Assembly (NCBI GenBank): GCA_046563655.1
Contig: CM102283.1
Coordinates: 4,836,001-4,900,000 of the forward strand
Direction of reading: 5' to 3'
Length of the DNA: 64,000 nt
From: Yuukianura sp. NJ FZ-2021
Lineage: Eukaryota
Part shown: positions 11,533-26,652 of the stretch, in pieces
How the letters are laid out: each line of letters opens with the position of its first letter
Position numbering within the stretch: position 1 is the first letter of the stretch
Made by a program: the position numbers and the translations under genes
Notes under the pieces: generated by a model
What the model was told of the DNA's origin: nothing
Databases searched by the model: none
What the model saw: only the letters and a program-made list of their open reading frames with translations

Positions 11533-12854
11533 TTTCTTTACATGGTTACTAATTAGTCAAAGCAACAAGATGAACGTAGTCGTCGAACTTAGCCAAGACC
11601 TTCTGTAGAATTTGTGCGAAGAGTAAGACTTTCCTTGTGTAAATTACACTATTCGCCGAGTTCGGAATGTTTTTTTTTATTCATTCAATTAATTTACCGT
11701 AGTAGTGCACACATCCTTGGGCTAGATACGCTGCTTTTAAAGTTGTAAGCAGTAAATAATCAGTGGTGAAACTATGAAAGTTATACTGTGATCCAAACGA
11801 TAACGTTAGCTTGGTTTATTCGCAACTCAGTCACCTTAAACGAAATGTCCAGGTCAATTTGGTCCGCAAACAGTTAACAATATCAACGTAGTTTATTAAA
11901 GTGCAATTTACTTTAATAGATACGCATTTACCTTACCATAGGTCTCTTACAATCTTGAGACTTTCGCTCTTGCGGTCGATTAAGGTTTTCTTCTGATTGG
12001 ACTACCCTGGTGATGGTGCTTGGCGACGACGACCGTGTGAAAGCGCAGCTTAAGAAGCAAGAGGACGAGGGCTGAATGTAGCAGAGCGGACTCGTAGTAG
12101 TTTCCGCTATGCCAACATCTTGCCTCTCCCTAATTGCTCAATTGATGATGCTGTTCTAAAACCTGAGAAGGTGAAACTAGAGTGGAACAAAAGGTTGAGC
12201 AGGAACTGAAGAACGATGAGATCACTTGGATCCCAACTGAAGAAGTTTTTCTTCTGACGCCTCACAATGACTTGGCCATGACAAGGGGAAGTGAACTTGC
12301 CCTGCAGCAGATCACTTGTCCAAAAATATCCGAGTCAATATTGACATTTCTCATCTTTCTACTCTTATCCCCATCTCAAATCAAACAAAACATAAAAACA
12401 CAGTTAAAAGTTGACCATACTTTTCACAGGCATCCTGTGAAGCTTGGGGCCGGGCATTTATGAACGTTACAACGTTTGTACCTAACTAATGGAAGTACAC
12501 GGATTGACTCATCCATACTTGTTGACATAGTTTCACATACATTCGTTTGTAGGTAAGTCCGCTATACCATACTAAAAGACATAAAGGTCCACACAGTTCC
12601 GTCCAGAAACCTCCTACATTCAGCACATGCTTAATTGAAATTCCTTAGCGTGAGAAGGAACAAGCAGAGTATTCATAATGTTGACGGTTTACTCATATTT
12701 AGTTTTGATATTAAAACAGCACAAGAAGGAAAGTATAAAAGCGTTTAGTTGATGCTCTCATCGATCTCAGCGGAGCGATCAAAATAATCGAAGAAAGTGG
12801 ACGAATATCGTCCTGATTGATTGGCTTGTCTTTGGTGACGATTAAGTCTTTGGT

Positions 12855-15800
12855 TTAGTCGGGAGACGAGGAGAGCGTTGATTGGCGCAGCAATCCCTTG
12901 GCCTTGTATTTCTCCAGCGCATTCTGAAGACGTGTCTCCGTTTCGAAAAATTCCACTAGTGGCTCCTGTGTCAGAATCGATGCCACGAACTGCTCAAAAC
13001 TGATTTCCCAGTCGTCACTTCCAGTACCAAGTGGAAGCTACGAACAAAAAAGTTTGAACTTGGTTAAAAATGTTTAATATCATAAAATATTTCAATTTGA
13101 TTCGTTTTCACCTCCAATTTGGACCTGTCGCCACCTTGACAGTCGGGAATCTTTTGAGTCGCTTCGGCGCCGGAAGCGGGATTCTTAAATCGGTTTCTGA
13201 CGTCTCCCAGCCGAATCAGCAGAGTTCCGACACTAACAATGGAATGATAGGCTTCTTGCTCATTCTTCTGCTGAATGAAAATGTCGTAAAAGGACTTCCA
13301 CATGGCAATGAAGTGCGGCTGATCCATCGGAGGTAGCGGTGAGCCAACACTGAGCATGGATTCTCTCAATCCACGAAGTGTAATCAGCCTCTCTTCTCTT
13401 CCCTTGCTGTCCTCATCTATTCAACACAGTTAACATGTTAATCGTTAGCAAATAATTGCTTTTGGTTCATAATGTTTTGTTACCGGGAGTTGGTCCTCTC
13501 AGAATGGACACTACCGATGATGAAGTTGATCTCTCTTCGCAAGCATCATCGGCCTGAAGATTGAAGAATTCGGAAGCCTCTGTCGCAATTTCAGCAGAAC
13601 TTTCTTCTAAAATTTTATAAGACACGTGAGAATGAGAAGGCAAGTGAAAAATTAAAAATAACTGTTTAAAACTATAAGTTACCGGGTGACGTCAAATCTT
13701 GTTCAGTCGTGTTCAGCAGAGGAGGGAGATGGAGGGAGTAGAACAGTCGCAGACGAAGCGTCGATTCTCCATGCGTCGTGATACCAAGGATATGAACAAG
13801 GTCACTAAATTTCATGTAGCCATCTCCATCATCATCGAAAAACTACAGATAAAAGTGTAGGTTAAATTCTTTTCGAGAAAAATGGGATGAAAAACTTACA
13901 GTGAATAGGCGCTGAATGAGCGGATGAAGGTTGGGATTTCCATTATTCGCCCAAGGACTGAATGCCATGAACGCTGCTCTGAATTGCTCCAGATCCAGCA
14001 GTTGGTATTGGAGATACCCATTGGCACCGTTGCCACTTCCCTTTTCTTCTGGCACGCCTAGCCCTGCCGCCACTTGCCAAATATGGTCGCACCGAACAAG
14101 CAAAAACAGTTCCTGGACTTCATCGGCACTAAACTTCGTCCTGTCCAACGACACCGTTCGAAGAGCATTCCGCATCGCAGTGTCTTCCAAGGTTTGAATG
14201 ACACGAAGACGATGTTTGAGACGGAGCGTAGCAATGTCCGTTGCTTGCAGAATAGTATCAAACCTGCGATATGATTCGAAGATCAGCGTGGAGATGGCAA
14301 TAGACCGCTTCTGGCTGCCTAGTCGTGTCTTGGGTCCCACAGGCAGTGATGAAGGAAGCATGTGCAGCACAATATCGTTTGGACTGGGTGCTTTTGTTAG
14401 ATCTTCTCCAATGTCAATGAGAGAGTCCTGCACAAGGTAGATTCCAGAAAGGTAGTCTGATAATAGCTGCATTGCTTCACCCTCATCCGAGCAACGAAGC
14501 AATGCATCTTCATTAAGCTCCAGAATTGTTAAGGCCACTTGAAAAATTACTTTGGCGCCTTCGTAGAAAAAACTGGAAAACAAAGAGTTTTGTAAGGTAA
14601 AATTCACAATTCCTTTGTAGTTAATTTCGATTCCATGAAATTGATAAATCAAATCTCTTACCAGTCCATGATGCAGACGGCGGCGTCAAACGACATGACA
14701 CTATAACAGAATCACCGACATTATTAACTTGACCTTTTCATTATTATTATTAATATTATTGCATATTTATGTGGCTAATCTAATAGTATAGAAAATTGAA
14801 ATGTTCTACTCGAGTCCTACCTTAGAAACAGTGTTAGGAACCAGGACAGACAAATCATTCCGATCATGTTGAGTTTAGAGAGGTGGGCGTGGACCTTGGG
14901 TAAATGCTTCTCCATAAGTTCATCCATCACATTTTGATCCACCATGGCACCGACCACCTTCCGATTGTAGTAGTCTGGCAGCAGTCTCTCACAAATCCCC
15001 ACCAAGAGCCAGAAAGATTCTTCTTCACTGCAGTAGAGCAGCAGCACGGAAGCAACCATGTTCATTGCCTAATTTTCAAACAGACTTTCATAAAAATGAG
15101 TTGATGTTGAGATTGATGTGATCGGTCAGACTCGTGAGTCTTATTACCTGGCAGTAGCCAATGTGTGGATTTCTGGAGGCGTACGCACACAAAACACGAC
15201 GTAGAGCACCTAGTCCAACTTCATGATGAAAAGCGGGGTGTTCTGGCAGAGAGCGATGAAGATCCCGCTCGATTTCTTCGTTCGCTTGACACTTCTTTCG
15301 AACTGCCCCTTCCACGAATTCTGCGTAGCGTCCGTGGTGAATGGCCAAGTCGTTTGAAGCACCCGAGAAAATTAGCCAGATTTCGGAACGGAGCTTGTCC
15401 GGTACACCTCGCAAAATCAGTTCAGTCGTCTCTGTTGTTCTGTAAATGGAAATCCCACGCCCAAACTCCTCAAAGTGCCGACTCCACTGACGCTCCGTCT
15501 CTTGCTCTCGCTCGAGAATGTCTCCATGAACTGGAAGCGGAAACAGTTCCATCAAGGGTTCATGGAGGATTCCATCTTCATCTTCAAAAATAAAAAAAAA
15601 CAGTAAAAGCGATGATTTCAAAAACGTAAATAAAAAAAATACAATCAGCACAAAAAAAACAACAAATCTATAAGAACGCAAATAAAAAAATGCCTCACAA
15701 TTTTTTCGTCGTTCGCCTTCTCCAGTTCCAGTTTCCAGCAGGATAAAACTGTTGACAGAGCTGGACAAACTGGAGGACACTCTGCGAAAAATATGCAAAA

Positions 15801-17613
15801 AGATAAACAAGTTAAACAAAATACTTAGAAATACATACAACCATATTATTTTTTGGCTGATAATTGTCATACGGAGATTTCGGTGTAGACGTTTTCCACA
15901 GAAGTTCGGACAGCTTCTGTGACAGGAAATCTCGGTCCTCGAGTTGTGTAAGGAGGAAGGACGATTTGTGTTTCATGGTGAAGAGGAGACTTGTGGCGTC
16001 TGATGTACTCTTTTCGATGACCTGGACTTCACGAAGTGGGATAACTAGGTCAACCAGTCTTGGAACCTGGGTGATAATCCAATGTTAGCAAGATTATTTT
16101 CATGACCAAGTTAAGTATTATAACAGTTTCGATAATTGATTTTTTGAAAGTTACTTTGCTTTTGAAGCAGACGTAATTGTTTGACAGGTAGAGTGTCCCC
16201 TTGGGCTCTCTTTTATTGTAAGGTGTCCAGAGAGCACACTGAGTCCGTCCATCCAGTTTTTCTTCAGCGGGTAATCTGAAAATGTTTCTGTAAGCCTCGG
16301 ACTCTGCACGCGCATCAATGTCCCGTTTCAGCACTGACGCTTTCTTTGGAACGTTTTTGCTGGATTTACATAACAAGTCTGGATCCTCACGAAAACTCCT
16401 CTCATCCATAAGCCTACATAATCAGAGAACTGTGTTGCATCGAATCTCTCAAGTAAATTCCAGGTTTTGGTGATTTCTTACTGTCTCATTGCGAGATTGG
16501 CAAGTTGTGTCATTAAGTTAAACGTTTCAGACTTTTTGACAAACATGGAAAAGTGAAACTGAAAATAGAAACAAATTGTTGATTAGATACAACAATTCTA
16601 AGTTCTCAGCATCTTTTATATTTTACTTCACCTGTCCTTCTCGTGTGGAAACTTGTATGGAATCTGGAAACACGAATGAGTTGATCGTGTCAAGTCCGGT
16701 GACGTCTGTCCATCGCAGTTTTATCTTGGTCTCCTTGCCAATCAGGTAGGAATAAAATGAAAGATGAGAAACACTCAGGTACAGCCACCCCTGCCTCGGA
16801 AGACTCCCTTTCCAGTAACTACAACGATAGCCAATACAATTTCGAATGTTGTGGGCTGGCCAACGTATTGCATAAACGTGAGCTGCTTACCTGCAGGAAT
16901 AAAAATTAACCAATTTCTCTTGTTCAGGAAAATTAAAAATCTTGCGAAATCGGTGAGAGCAGGCGCGAAACGATTCACTTTCGGCATCTACACAAATTAG
17001 AAAACAATTTTTTCGTTATAATTTGGTGCTAAATGGAAAATAGTCTGAATTTAATTGAATTAACCTTCAGCTAAATCAGATTTTGGCTTCAAATCTGCAA
17101 CAAGGGATTCAATTTTGCATTTGACAAATTCAGTAACTTGTTCTTCATTGTCGAAGTTGTAGAGAGTGTTCATTAAATTCTTTTCTATCCAGGCCCAGTC
17201 TTGTAAAATCTCTCTTTGTGTCAGAGAACACGCAATAACTAAAGTAAGAAAAGAGAGATTTTCAAGTGAAAAATAGTCTTGTTTTCATTCTTATTAGAAG
17301 GCGTACGGTAATAAACTTCGGAGTTTGGCGTTTGATGCAGGATTCGGTATGGGGGCGGTTTCGTATCAAGAACGGTGTCCAAAGTCCGGACCAGGATGGA
17401 ACCGATGTTCTTTTTCCGATTGCCATGACCTCTTCTCTGTTGTAACACGAAATAAGTATTGGCTTGTTCGGGAATCCTGTGTCATGAATACGAATATGAA
17501 TATCCATATAATTTTAAGGCAGAATAAAATAATTGTAGCTTATCATTTTAAAGAAATGTTTCACTTTACCAAAAAGTACCGGGCATAAGAATCTCTTCTG
17601 GCTTTACCCACAT
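12855..17613 (-). CDS. TBC1D9: TBC1D8/9-family Rab GAP (GRAM, GRAM, TBC, EF-hand), multi-exon
   Basis: Starts MWVKPEEIL. Contains [49 protein letters not shown], and C-terminal [23 protein letters not shown]. Canonical splice sites link the ORF pieces. Confidence 0.93.
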
Positions 17614-18339
17614 TTCGTCGTTTTATGGTACGGACGGACTCCACGGTAATGGGTCAGCACTTATCCCGAAGAAAATTCAATTCTCTAGCGGATTCTTGTT
17701 GGAACCCATTCCTGCACTGTTGAGTGTCACTAAACAATGATAGCGGAAAAGCATAATAGAGACCAACTAGGGAGATATTTTTTATTATATCATTGCCATA
17801 TTCCTTTCCTTACATGTTGATGTTACTGATAAGTGTGAAGCTGATGATGAGCCCAAAAAACTGAAATCAAATGGAAGTGGAGTGCAGCGACCTTTGAACT
17901 TTGGTTAAAAGCTAATGTCAATGTGGGAAGACGGAGATGATAACTTGGAACAGCCTCCTACCAAATCGCAATCGAATCATATGGGCAGCAATAGCAAATA
18001 GCAAATGTGTGAGTAAACAAAAGATAATTTGGAATGACGAAAACTGCTTTATAGCATAGGGTGGTTCGTGGTTCTTAGTATCGTCATTCTTTGGTGAGGG
18101 GTATTACCCTTTTATAAATACCAGCTTTTAAAAGCGTCGCTTGGAAAATGTTTTTCATGTTTTTTCATAAAAAAAAACGATTTGACAAGACGCATAGGCG
18201 AAAGTAATTAAAGTTCTTAATCTCAGATTCAGATTAGCTTTTATTAATGGAAATAAATCGTACATCGACACAAATTCAAAACAGTTGGTTGTGCTTTGTT
18301 TTGTGATATTAGTATTCTGCTGAATTCAATTGTGGCAAA

Positions 18340-18540
18340 AGGTAAGGATTAACGATTCGAATTGTAGCCGTGATGCAGGCATCTGGTAGTCTGTTGTGTC
18401 GGCTAATAGTGGCAACCTTTGTAGCCGCTTTAACGTAACTAAAGTGGTAACATAATTTGCGGCATAGTGTATCCACCCATTGTTGTAGCCTCGATGTGGC
18501 TACACCGGGCGGCTACAATGAAGATCGTTAAGCCTTACCT
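18340..18540. mobile_element. ~200-bp hairpin/MITE-like element between the divergent TBC1D9 and Sec61alpha starts
   Basis: aggtaaggattaacgattcgaattgtagccg versus reverse complement of right end aggtaaggcttaacgatcttcattgtagccg. Internal tgtagcc/ggctaca repeats. No clear TSD. Confidence 0.65.
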
Positions 18541-18665
18541 CAACCCTGAATTGAGTGGTTTGGTTCGTATGATTCGTATAGTTTTGGGTGGGGAGATTAT
18601 TTTGTTGATGTTTTTGAATTTGGCGCGTCTAGCTGAGACTTGACTAGTTGGCAAAGAGCAGAGGG

Positions 18666-18673
18666 TGACGTGT
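18666..18673 (+). promoter_or_regulatory. Candidate CREB3/CrebA/XBP1-type site (TGACGTGT) upstream of Sec61alpha
   Basis: The motif lies ~150 bp before a probable non-coding-exon donor near 18820. Sec61 genes are known CrebA/XBP1 targets, but this is a single short motif. Confidence 0.35.
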
Positions 18674-19031
18674 TGGGGCTGTGTGCCACAGAACTCACAT
18701 TCGCAGTGAATTGAGCCACGGAGTACCGGTACTCTTTGGCACATCACTTACTGCAAGTAGGCTTTCATCCACCCTGCCGTCTTCTGTCACTTCGTCAAAC
18801 GCTTGCAGCAGCAGCAGTTGTAAGTTAGTTGAAAACTTATTGAACTAATTGAAAAGTCAATTACTAAGGTTTCTGCTGGCAGTACGAGCAGAGGTTCACT
18901 CAACTGCGCCTTCCACTTTGAACTTCCAAGGTTAACTTGGAGTCACTTCCCGTCCCCGGTTGTTCTCAGTCCACCTGAGAACCCATTGGAATTGAGCATA
19001 CGGAACTACTGAATCAAATCACAAACACACC

Positions 19032-21105
<2,074 letters not shown>

Positions 21106-22112
21106 TTGAGTAAATTATGGATTCATCACTCACTTTAATTCGAAAAACAGTAAAAACCGTTGTTTGTCTATTTTTGATGATATTTTTGATTTTAAAGAGT
21201 TTAAAGTAGCGCTGATTCCTTTTTTTTATTTCGTCTTTTATGTCTATGTTGCTGTGATTTTGTAAGTTCTTGTGATAACTACTGGCTATCGAGTTGTGTA
21301 ACCGACTTATCTATTATTACAGTTCCACAACTCAATTAGCAAAACGGATTTATCTTTTAAAAAAACCTAAAGATTTGTTCGGGCATATCTTTCAAGAAGT
21401 GGCCAATCTATTACAACGATTCCTGCACATCTAGTACGTAAACGGAGTGAAGATTGAAGACAATAGAAAAGTAGTTTGATCAGAATTTCAGAACGTGCTG
21501 GTCGTTTTGGCACTTGTGCATGCAGAAACAATAGGATGAAGAGAAATGAGAGGAGAGATGTTCGAATGATGCTTAAAAAATGTGGGTACTTTGAGTTGAA
21601 CGTTGTTGCCAGAGGGAATGGGAAGAGTATGATGCTATTGTTCTGGTGGATTTCGTCGGTACGGAGTGTGTCCTCGTTTTTGTGGATCCAGAGAAGTGAG
21701 TCGATAGAAGACGAGTGAAGATGCAAGAAGAGGCACAGAAGAGGGTATCGGCTTCGGCTGACAAAAACTAATCCTAGAAACAGCAGAGGGAGAGAGGGAC
21801 GCCGCAACGTTTTGAGACACGTTTTCCCCCTCACGTCTAGGCATGGCCAACGCCAACTCCTCTCATCTCCACTCAAACCCCTATAACAATCGTATTCATA
21901 TCGTACCCACGTCGTCCCTCCCTGGATACCAAGTCAAGTAAGTACGAAATTCAACCTCAAACACCTCTTCTTCGCACGACTCATCCGTTTCCATTTTCCA
22001 ATTACTAATTATCTCGACGTAAAGTTGTCTCAATTTATAGTCGAACTAATCGATCATTTACTTAAAATAATTCACAGAAGACTCCCTGCTCCGTGCCAAG
22101 TACTAATCGAAT

Positions 22113-23439
22113 ATGGCGACCAGACGAACTCCTGCTGCTCACTTTCAGCCATTCATGAAGTACGAAGTGGGCGAGGTTGAGGAAGACGTGCAGGACTACG
22201 AGGATGAGGAACTGGATGACACAACGGCACAACTGCTAACTCCACAGGTAATCTCCAATTTCAAAGTTTAGCGGGGCCGCTTTCAGTGGTATGTTGGTGA
22301 CCAGTATCGGTGTATTTAGAGTAGATAAATAGGGTATAGTGTTTTATTACCTTCCATTTAAAACCCAAATTCAAACCATGGCGCATGGGCGTCGCTGTTG
22401 GTACTACTGTGGTGTCACCTCGTCTGTTCAATGTAACTATAGAAGGGGACATTACAGTCCAAGAGTACTTCCATGTGATGTACTAAGATGAATTTATTAA
22501 TTAATGCTTGTGCTTTAGGTGAGACTGGACGTCGCTCAAAGAAGGAAACCGAACTTACAACATCAGCGTGTTTACGACGATGCAGAAGCAGACGTTTATG
22601 ACACAGCAGACGGCTGCCAAGTGGACCTTGTATTCATGGAAGACAACGACGGAAGTTTTGATCAACACGAGATCAAGCCCAAGGTCATGCCATCCAGAGT
22701 GCGAAGTCATAAGCGTCAGTCGTCCCAAAGCAGTGGTAGTGGTGGATCCGGAGGTGGAGGAAGTAGACCAAAGAAAATGTACGAGCTAGATACAACGCTT
22801 TATCCGGAAGCAGCCGCTGCTCGAGCCTCCTACGAAAACCGGCTACGGAAAAAGGCCGAAAAGGAGGAGATGGTACGCCAGCTCAATTTCTACAGGGAAC
22901 GAAACAAAGTACTGGAAGAGGAAAATGAAGCACTTAAGGACAAATTGTTGGAGTACGAACTCAACGTGAGCAGGGGTAAGTCTTTAATTCAACACGATTG
23001 TTTGCTATTGATTGTATTGATAGTACTGTAGGAATTTCACTAAACCATGTACTTTCATATTTAGAAGACTGGATTCAATTCTTCCGAGCTGCTGGTATTC
23101 GTTCCGGACATGAGGAGAGATACGCAAATATCTTTGACGAAAATCGTATGAAGCCCAACATGCTGAATGAGTTGAACGATCAGTGGTTACGGAACATGGA
23201 CATCACTGCTGTGGGCGACATTCTTGCCATTCTGAGACATGCGCAACTAGTCTATGCCAAGGTTTTTCTTCAAACTTTTCTCTTAAACTCATAAATTGTA
23301 TGAAGAAGGTAAAATTGTTATGAATTTGCAGACAAACGGTCGAAAGCTTCACTACAAGTCTCCACCGCTACTCCAAAGGGCTCCAACAGCTCCCGCCGCC
23401 AAACCTACACTTCATTCCATCTCGGCAAATCTCGCTTGA
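22113..23439 (+). CDS. Acidic N-terminus, degenerate bZIP, then C19orf47-type SAM domain; 4 coding exons
   Basis: MATRRTPAAH...LLTPQ/VRLDV... splices in frame. Basic region and zipper: AARASYENRLRKKAEKEEMVRQLNFYRERNKVLEEENEALKDKL. Next exon EDWIQFFRAAGI...YANIFDENR...VGDILAILRHA resembles the C19orf47 SAM domain. Confidence 0.75.
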
Positions 23440-24798
23440 GTATTCTAGGAACAGGGGGAATTCAACATGGGAAAGCCAGCGAATCTTTAAAAATAATAAG
23501 GCGACGTAGTAGTGTGTGAAACTAATAAGTAGAACCCGCCCCTCGTCAACTGGAGTTGCGCAATCAAGTGAATCATCCAACGTTTTTCGTAGTGAACGAT
23601 TTTGGTACGATTCTTTCGTCAGATAAACTTTTAAAAACGAAAGGAATCAATTTCCAACCAAAACGTCCACTTCGGTTAAAAAAAAACCACTGAGAGGCTC
23701 AGTTTTACTTGCTTAATGATCAACTCCAGTTGCAACTTGAAAGTGCAACTGCAAGGATTCAGTTTACGGGCTTTGAAATCTGGCAGTACGTGTCCCACTA
23801 CTGCAACCTTGCGCTTCAATTGCACAATTCCAAGTTTGCTTCTCCACTTTGTAGAAGCACTCCTTTTAGTTGTTGTGTACTTTTTATATAAACAATTATG
23901 AATTTTCGTTTTCCTCAGAGTAATGCTGTTATAATTGATCCTCGTACAAAATTCAAATAATGTCTTGTCGAATACAATAGTGACCAATAAACAGGATCTG
24001 AAATATCATGAACCTATTTTCCTGGTTTCACTTTTCAATCAATTCTCCACTTTGTAACAGGTTTTTTTTCCTACAATTGTTGGGCAGACGCCACTGGCGT
24101 TATGGGGAAGTGAATTAATGGCGGAACATAGTCGAACAGTTTTTGCACTCTCGCATTAATCTAACAAGGATAATTTTTATTATGGGGTTTACAATAATGA
24201 GTCGCGTATTTCAATGTGAATTTCGCGACTTTCGTTGTTTCTTCGTAAGATGTTACTAACGTAGTTACTAATTCACAAACGATATCCATAAAGTCAGCCG
24301 AATCAGAGGTTTAGTGCAGCCATTCTTCCACATTTGACTTGTAGCGTGATTTCAAATTCAGGGACAGCACACGTTCCGGCCCCGACTACTACTTTTGTAA
24401 TTTACGAAAACGTGCTGGATTGGCAAACAAACGCTACTGTTATAACAGCAGTCTTCTCCAGCATACTCAACATTACGTATGCTAACCGGTTTTTCAAATA
24501 AATATCCTGTGCAAAAATTGAAAATAAAATGAAAGCGTCAGTGTTGCGTTGTGTGTTGCAGGTCAGTCATTGAACTTTTGGTTGTTATACTTAACAAACC
24601 ATTGGAATCCAGATAATTCTTGCCGTTATCTGTCGATTCGACTGACAATTGAAAACTCATGACTTTGCATGAAAAAATTTTGTAGAATAAATAAATTATT
24701 AACAAACAGCTCTGCTTCCAGGAAAATCAGCGACAAATGCGGAATTTAATTTCTTCATCAAATAGCTAATCCGTTACTGTTTAATTTCTGAATAAAAA

Positions 24799-25360
24799 CA
24801 GTGTTGCCGGATATCCACCTTCTTCGAGTTTCGTCCATGGCTGGATAAAATACGTACGTATTTTATTCATACGTGTGAAAGTGGACAAATTAGATGAAAC
24901 TGCACTGGGCAATTTTAGGATTAAACTAAAGTAGATTAGTTAGGGACTTTGCGTTATAGTAAATCCCACCAAATTAATTAAGTTAGTCAAAAAAATGAAG
25001 ATGAATAGCCTGGGATATTGATTGTGGAAAACCGGAATGAAATCGGGTTGAGGTAAGTAAATTGAGCACCGCAGACATAGCGACATGAATAGAATTATAA
25101 AGGAGCATTTTAAATAAGTTAAGTCTGATATTGATATATTACCTGCAAAACATAAACATACTTGATTATTATAACTGTAAGTAATTCGGTGCGTCTTAAC
25201 GTTAAATCCAGTATTTGCGTGCCAAAATTATCAAAAAATGTATGGTGTTTCTTCCATCTTTCAAATTATTCTGACAGATTACACTTGTTTCTCCCAGTGG
25301 ATATTCACTGGAAGTGGTAATTACTAATCCATTTCACTTTTTATCCATCCAGCAACACTG
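24799..25360. mobile_element. Degenerate CAGTGTT-ended MITE, same family as 58724-58914
   Basis: Ends cagtgttgccggat and atccagcaacactg. The left ~40 bp aligns with one end of the 58.7-kb copy. No intact TSD. Confidence 0.65.
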
Positions 25361-25460
25361 CATCAGAACTTCTGATTCAGAAGCAGGAACAGCATCAATC
25401 ACTTCGGAGAAGCACTGCGACGTACGATTTACTAATCACGGAATACGTCGCCAACACTGC

Positions 25461-25468
25461 TATAAAAG
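25461..25468 (+). promoter_or_regulatory. TATA box of the small secreted peptide gene
   Basis: tataaaag lies ~30 bp upstream of an Inr-like tcagac (~25490). There is a 5'UTR intron at 25600-25688 and aataaa at 25990. Confidence 0.55.
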
Positions 25469-25693
25469 AATTTAATTAAAGTAGCTTCCTCAGACTTGAA
25501 AAAGCAGTTGTGGAAAAAGTGCAAAAGAGGAAAGCAGAACTCAAAATCAGTCACGTAATAAGCTGTCCCATTAAACCAACCACTTCAAAATTTCAAGAGG
25601 TAAACTTTTGGCTTACGATTACGAATTTAATACAATATTGCATTCAGTCCAGCAGCGTTGTAATTAAATGACTTTTTTGAGATTATAGGAGAT

Positions 25694-25885
25694 ATGCAGT
25701 TCAAAACAGTGGGCCTAGGAATTTTGTTGCTGTTTGCTGTACTTGTGCTGGCTACTCCAGCGGATTCATGCTACGCTGGGATCGGCGGCTGCAATGACGG
25801 AAATTGTTACAAATCTGGAGGATATTGCACCAACCTTGGATCTCGCAAACGTCCAATCTGTAGATGCGTTCCGCGACCTGGGTAG
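25694..25885 (+). CDS. Secreted 6-Cys cationic peptide, defensin-like
   Basis: Hydrophobic signal peptide ending ...ATPADS, then CYAGIGGCNDGNCYKSGGYCTNLGSRKRPICRCVPRPG with GGYC and CxC motifs. TATA, UTR intron and polyA signal complete the gene. Confidence 0.82.
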   Translation: MQFKTVGLGILLLFAVLVLATPADSCYAGIGGCNDGNCYKSGGYCTNLGSRKRPICRCVPRPG

Positions 25886-26652
25886 AAATTTTGTAACTCA
25901 AAATGACATTGAGTAAGACTCGGTAGTTATAATTCAAAAGTCATAACTTATGACAATTAGTTGTTCAAAATACATTATACCAATTCTTAAATAAAACAAA
26001 GGCTGAGAAACGACGTTTTTGGAATTCCTTGATTCAACATTAGAGGTTATGTCATTTCCCCTGGGTCGGTGGAAGTATGGCAATACGAACACGATTGTGT
26101 GATACTATCTAATAAAAAAATGTGGTTGACTGGAATATGGTAATGAAATTGTGTGGTAAATGAAGAATTGAGTTTATGTGGAATTAAGGTAATGGGATTT
26201 CTTCCTTTTCGAATTTTTATTTTGCAAACGCCTTCTTTCTTTCGGCGAACGCTTGAATCTTAAAAAATCGAAGCGCCGTTTTGCCAAATATCAGCCTTAT
26301 TTTTAAATAAAGAATATTCTTAACTATATAGTAAAGAATATGACTGTATTTTTAAATTCAAAAAGTTTGCGTACGGTTGGGAGTGTTCCATAGTCAGTTT
26401 TGCGACTCCGTAGAATTTCCCACTCGCCAAGCCATCATTATTGGCATTTCTGAGGAATCAGCGGAATAGTAAGATCCAACTTCAAACAGCAAAATAAAGA
26501 GAGCCCACGTTCGAATTGTGTATGTGTTTATTTTAAGAACTTTCTAAATTGCCCTCCATTCCGTTCGGTTGTCATAATCAGCAATACAAAGAATGAACTT
26601 GGACTTGTGCTTTCGATTACTACTTACTTTGAACTAATTGCCAACAGCCATA

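Noticed and set aside
11990-12463. Coding-looking stretch and 93-aa ORF between NDUFB1 and TBC1D9
   Set aside because: Stops in all frames upstream, a GTG start and no recognisable family. It may be a decayed gene fragment, but I cannot support that.
12710-12855. Possible stop-codon readthrough of TBC1D9
   Set aside because: TAA-A is a poor readthrough context and the extension has no recognisable features.
15088-15870. Hydrophobic TM-like N-terminus of the 260-aa ORF
   Set aside because: It is translation of T-rich introns around a small TBC1D9 exon (~15699-15781) whose splice phases fit.
21367-21876. 169-aa minus-strand ORF and overlapping ORFs
   Set aside because: Non-ATG start, antisense to a purine-rich leader, no domain features.
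23676-23987. Cluster of 60-103-aa ORFs
   Set aside because: Non-ATG starts, no splice support, no motifs.
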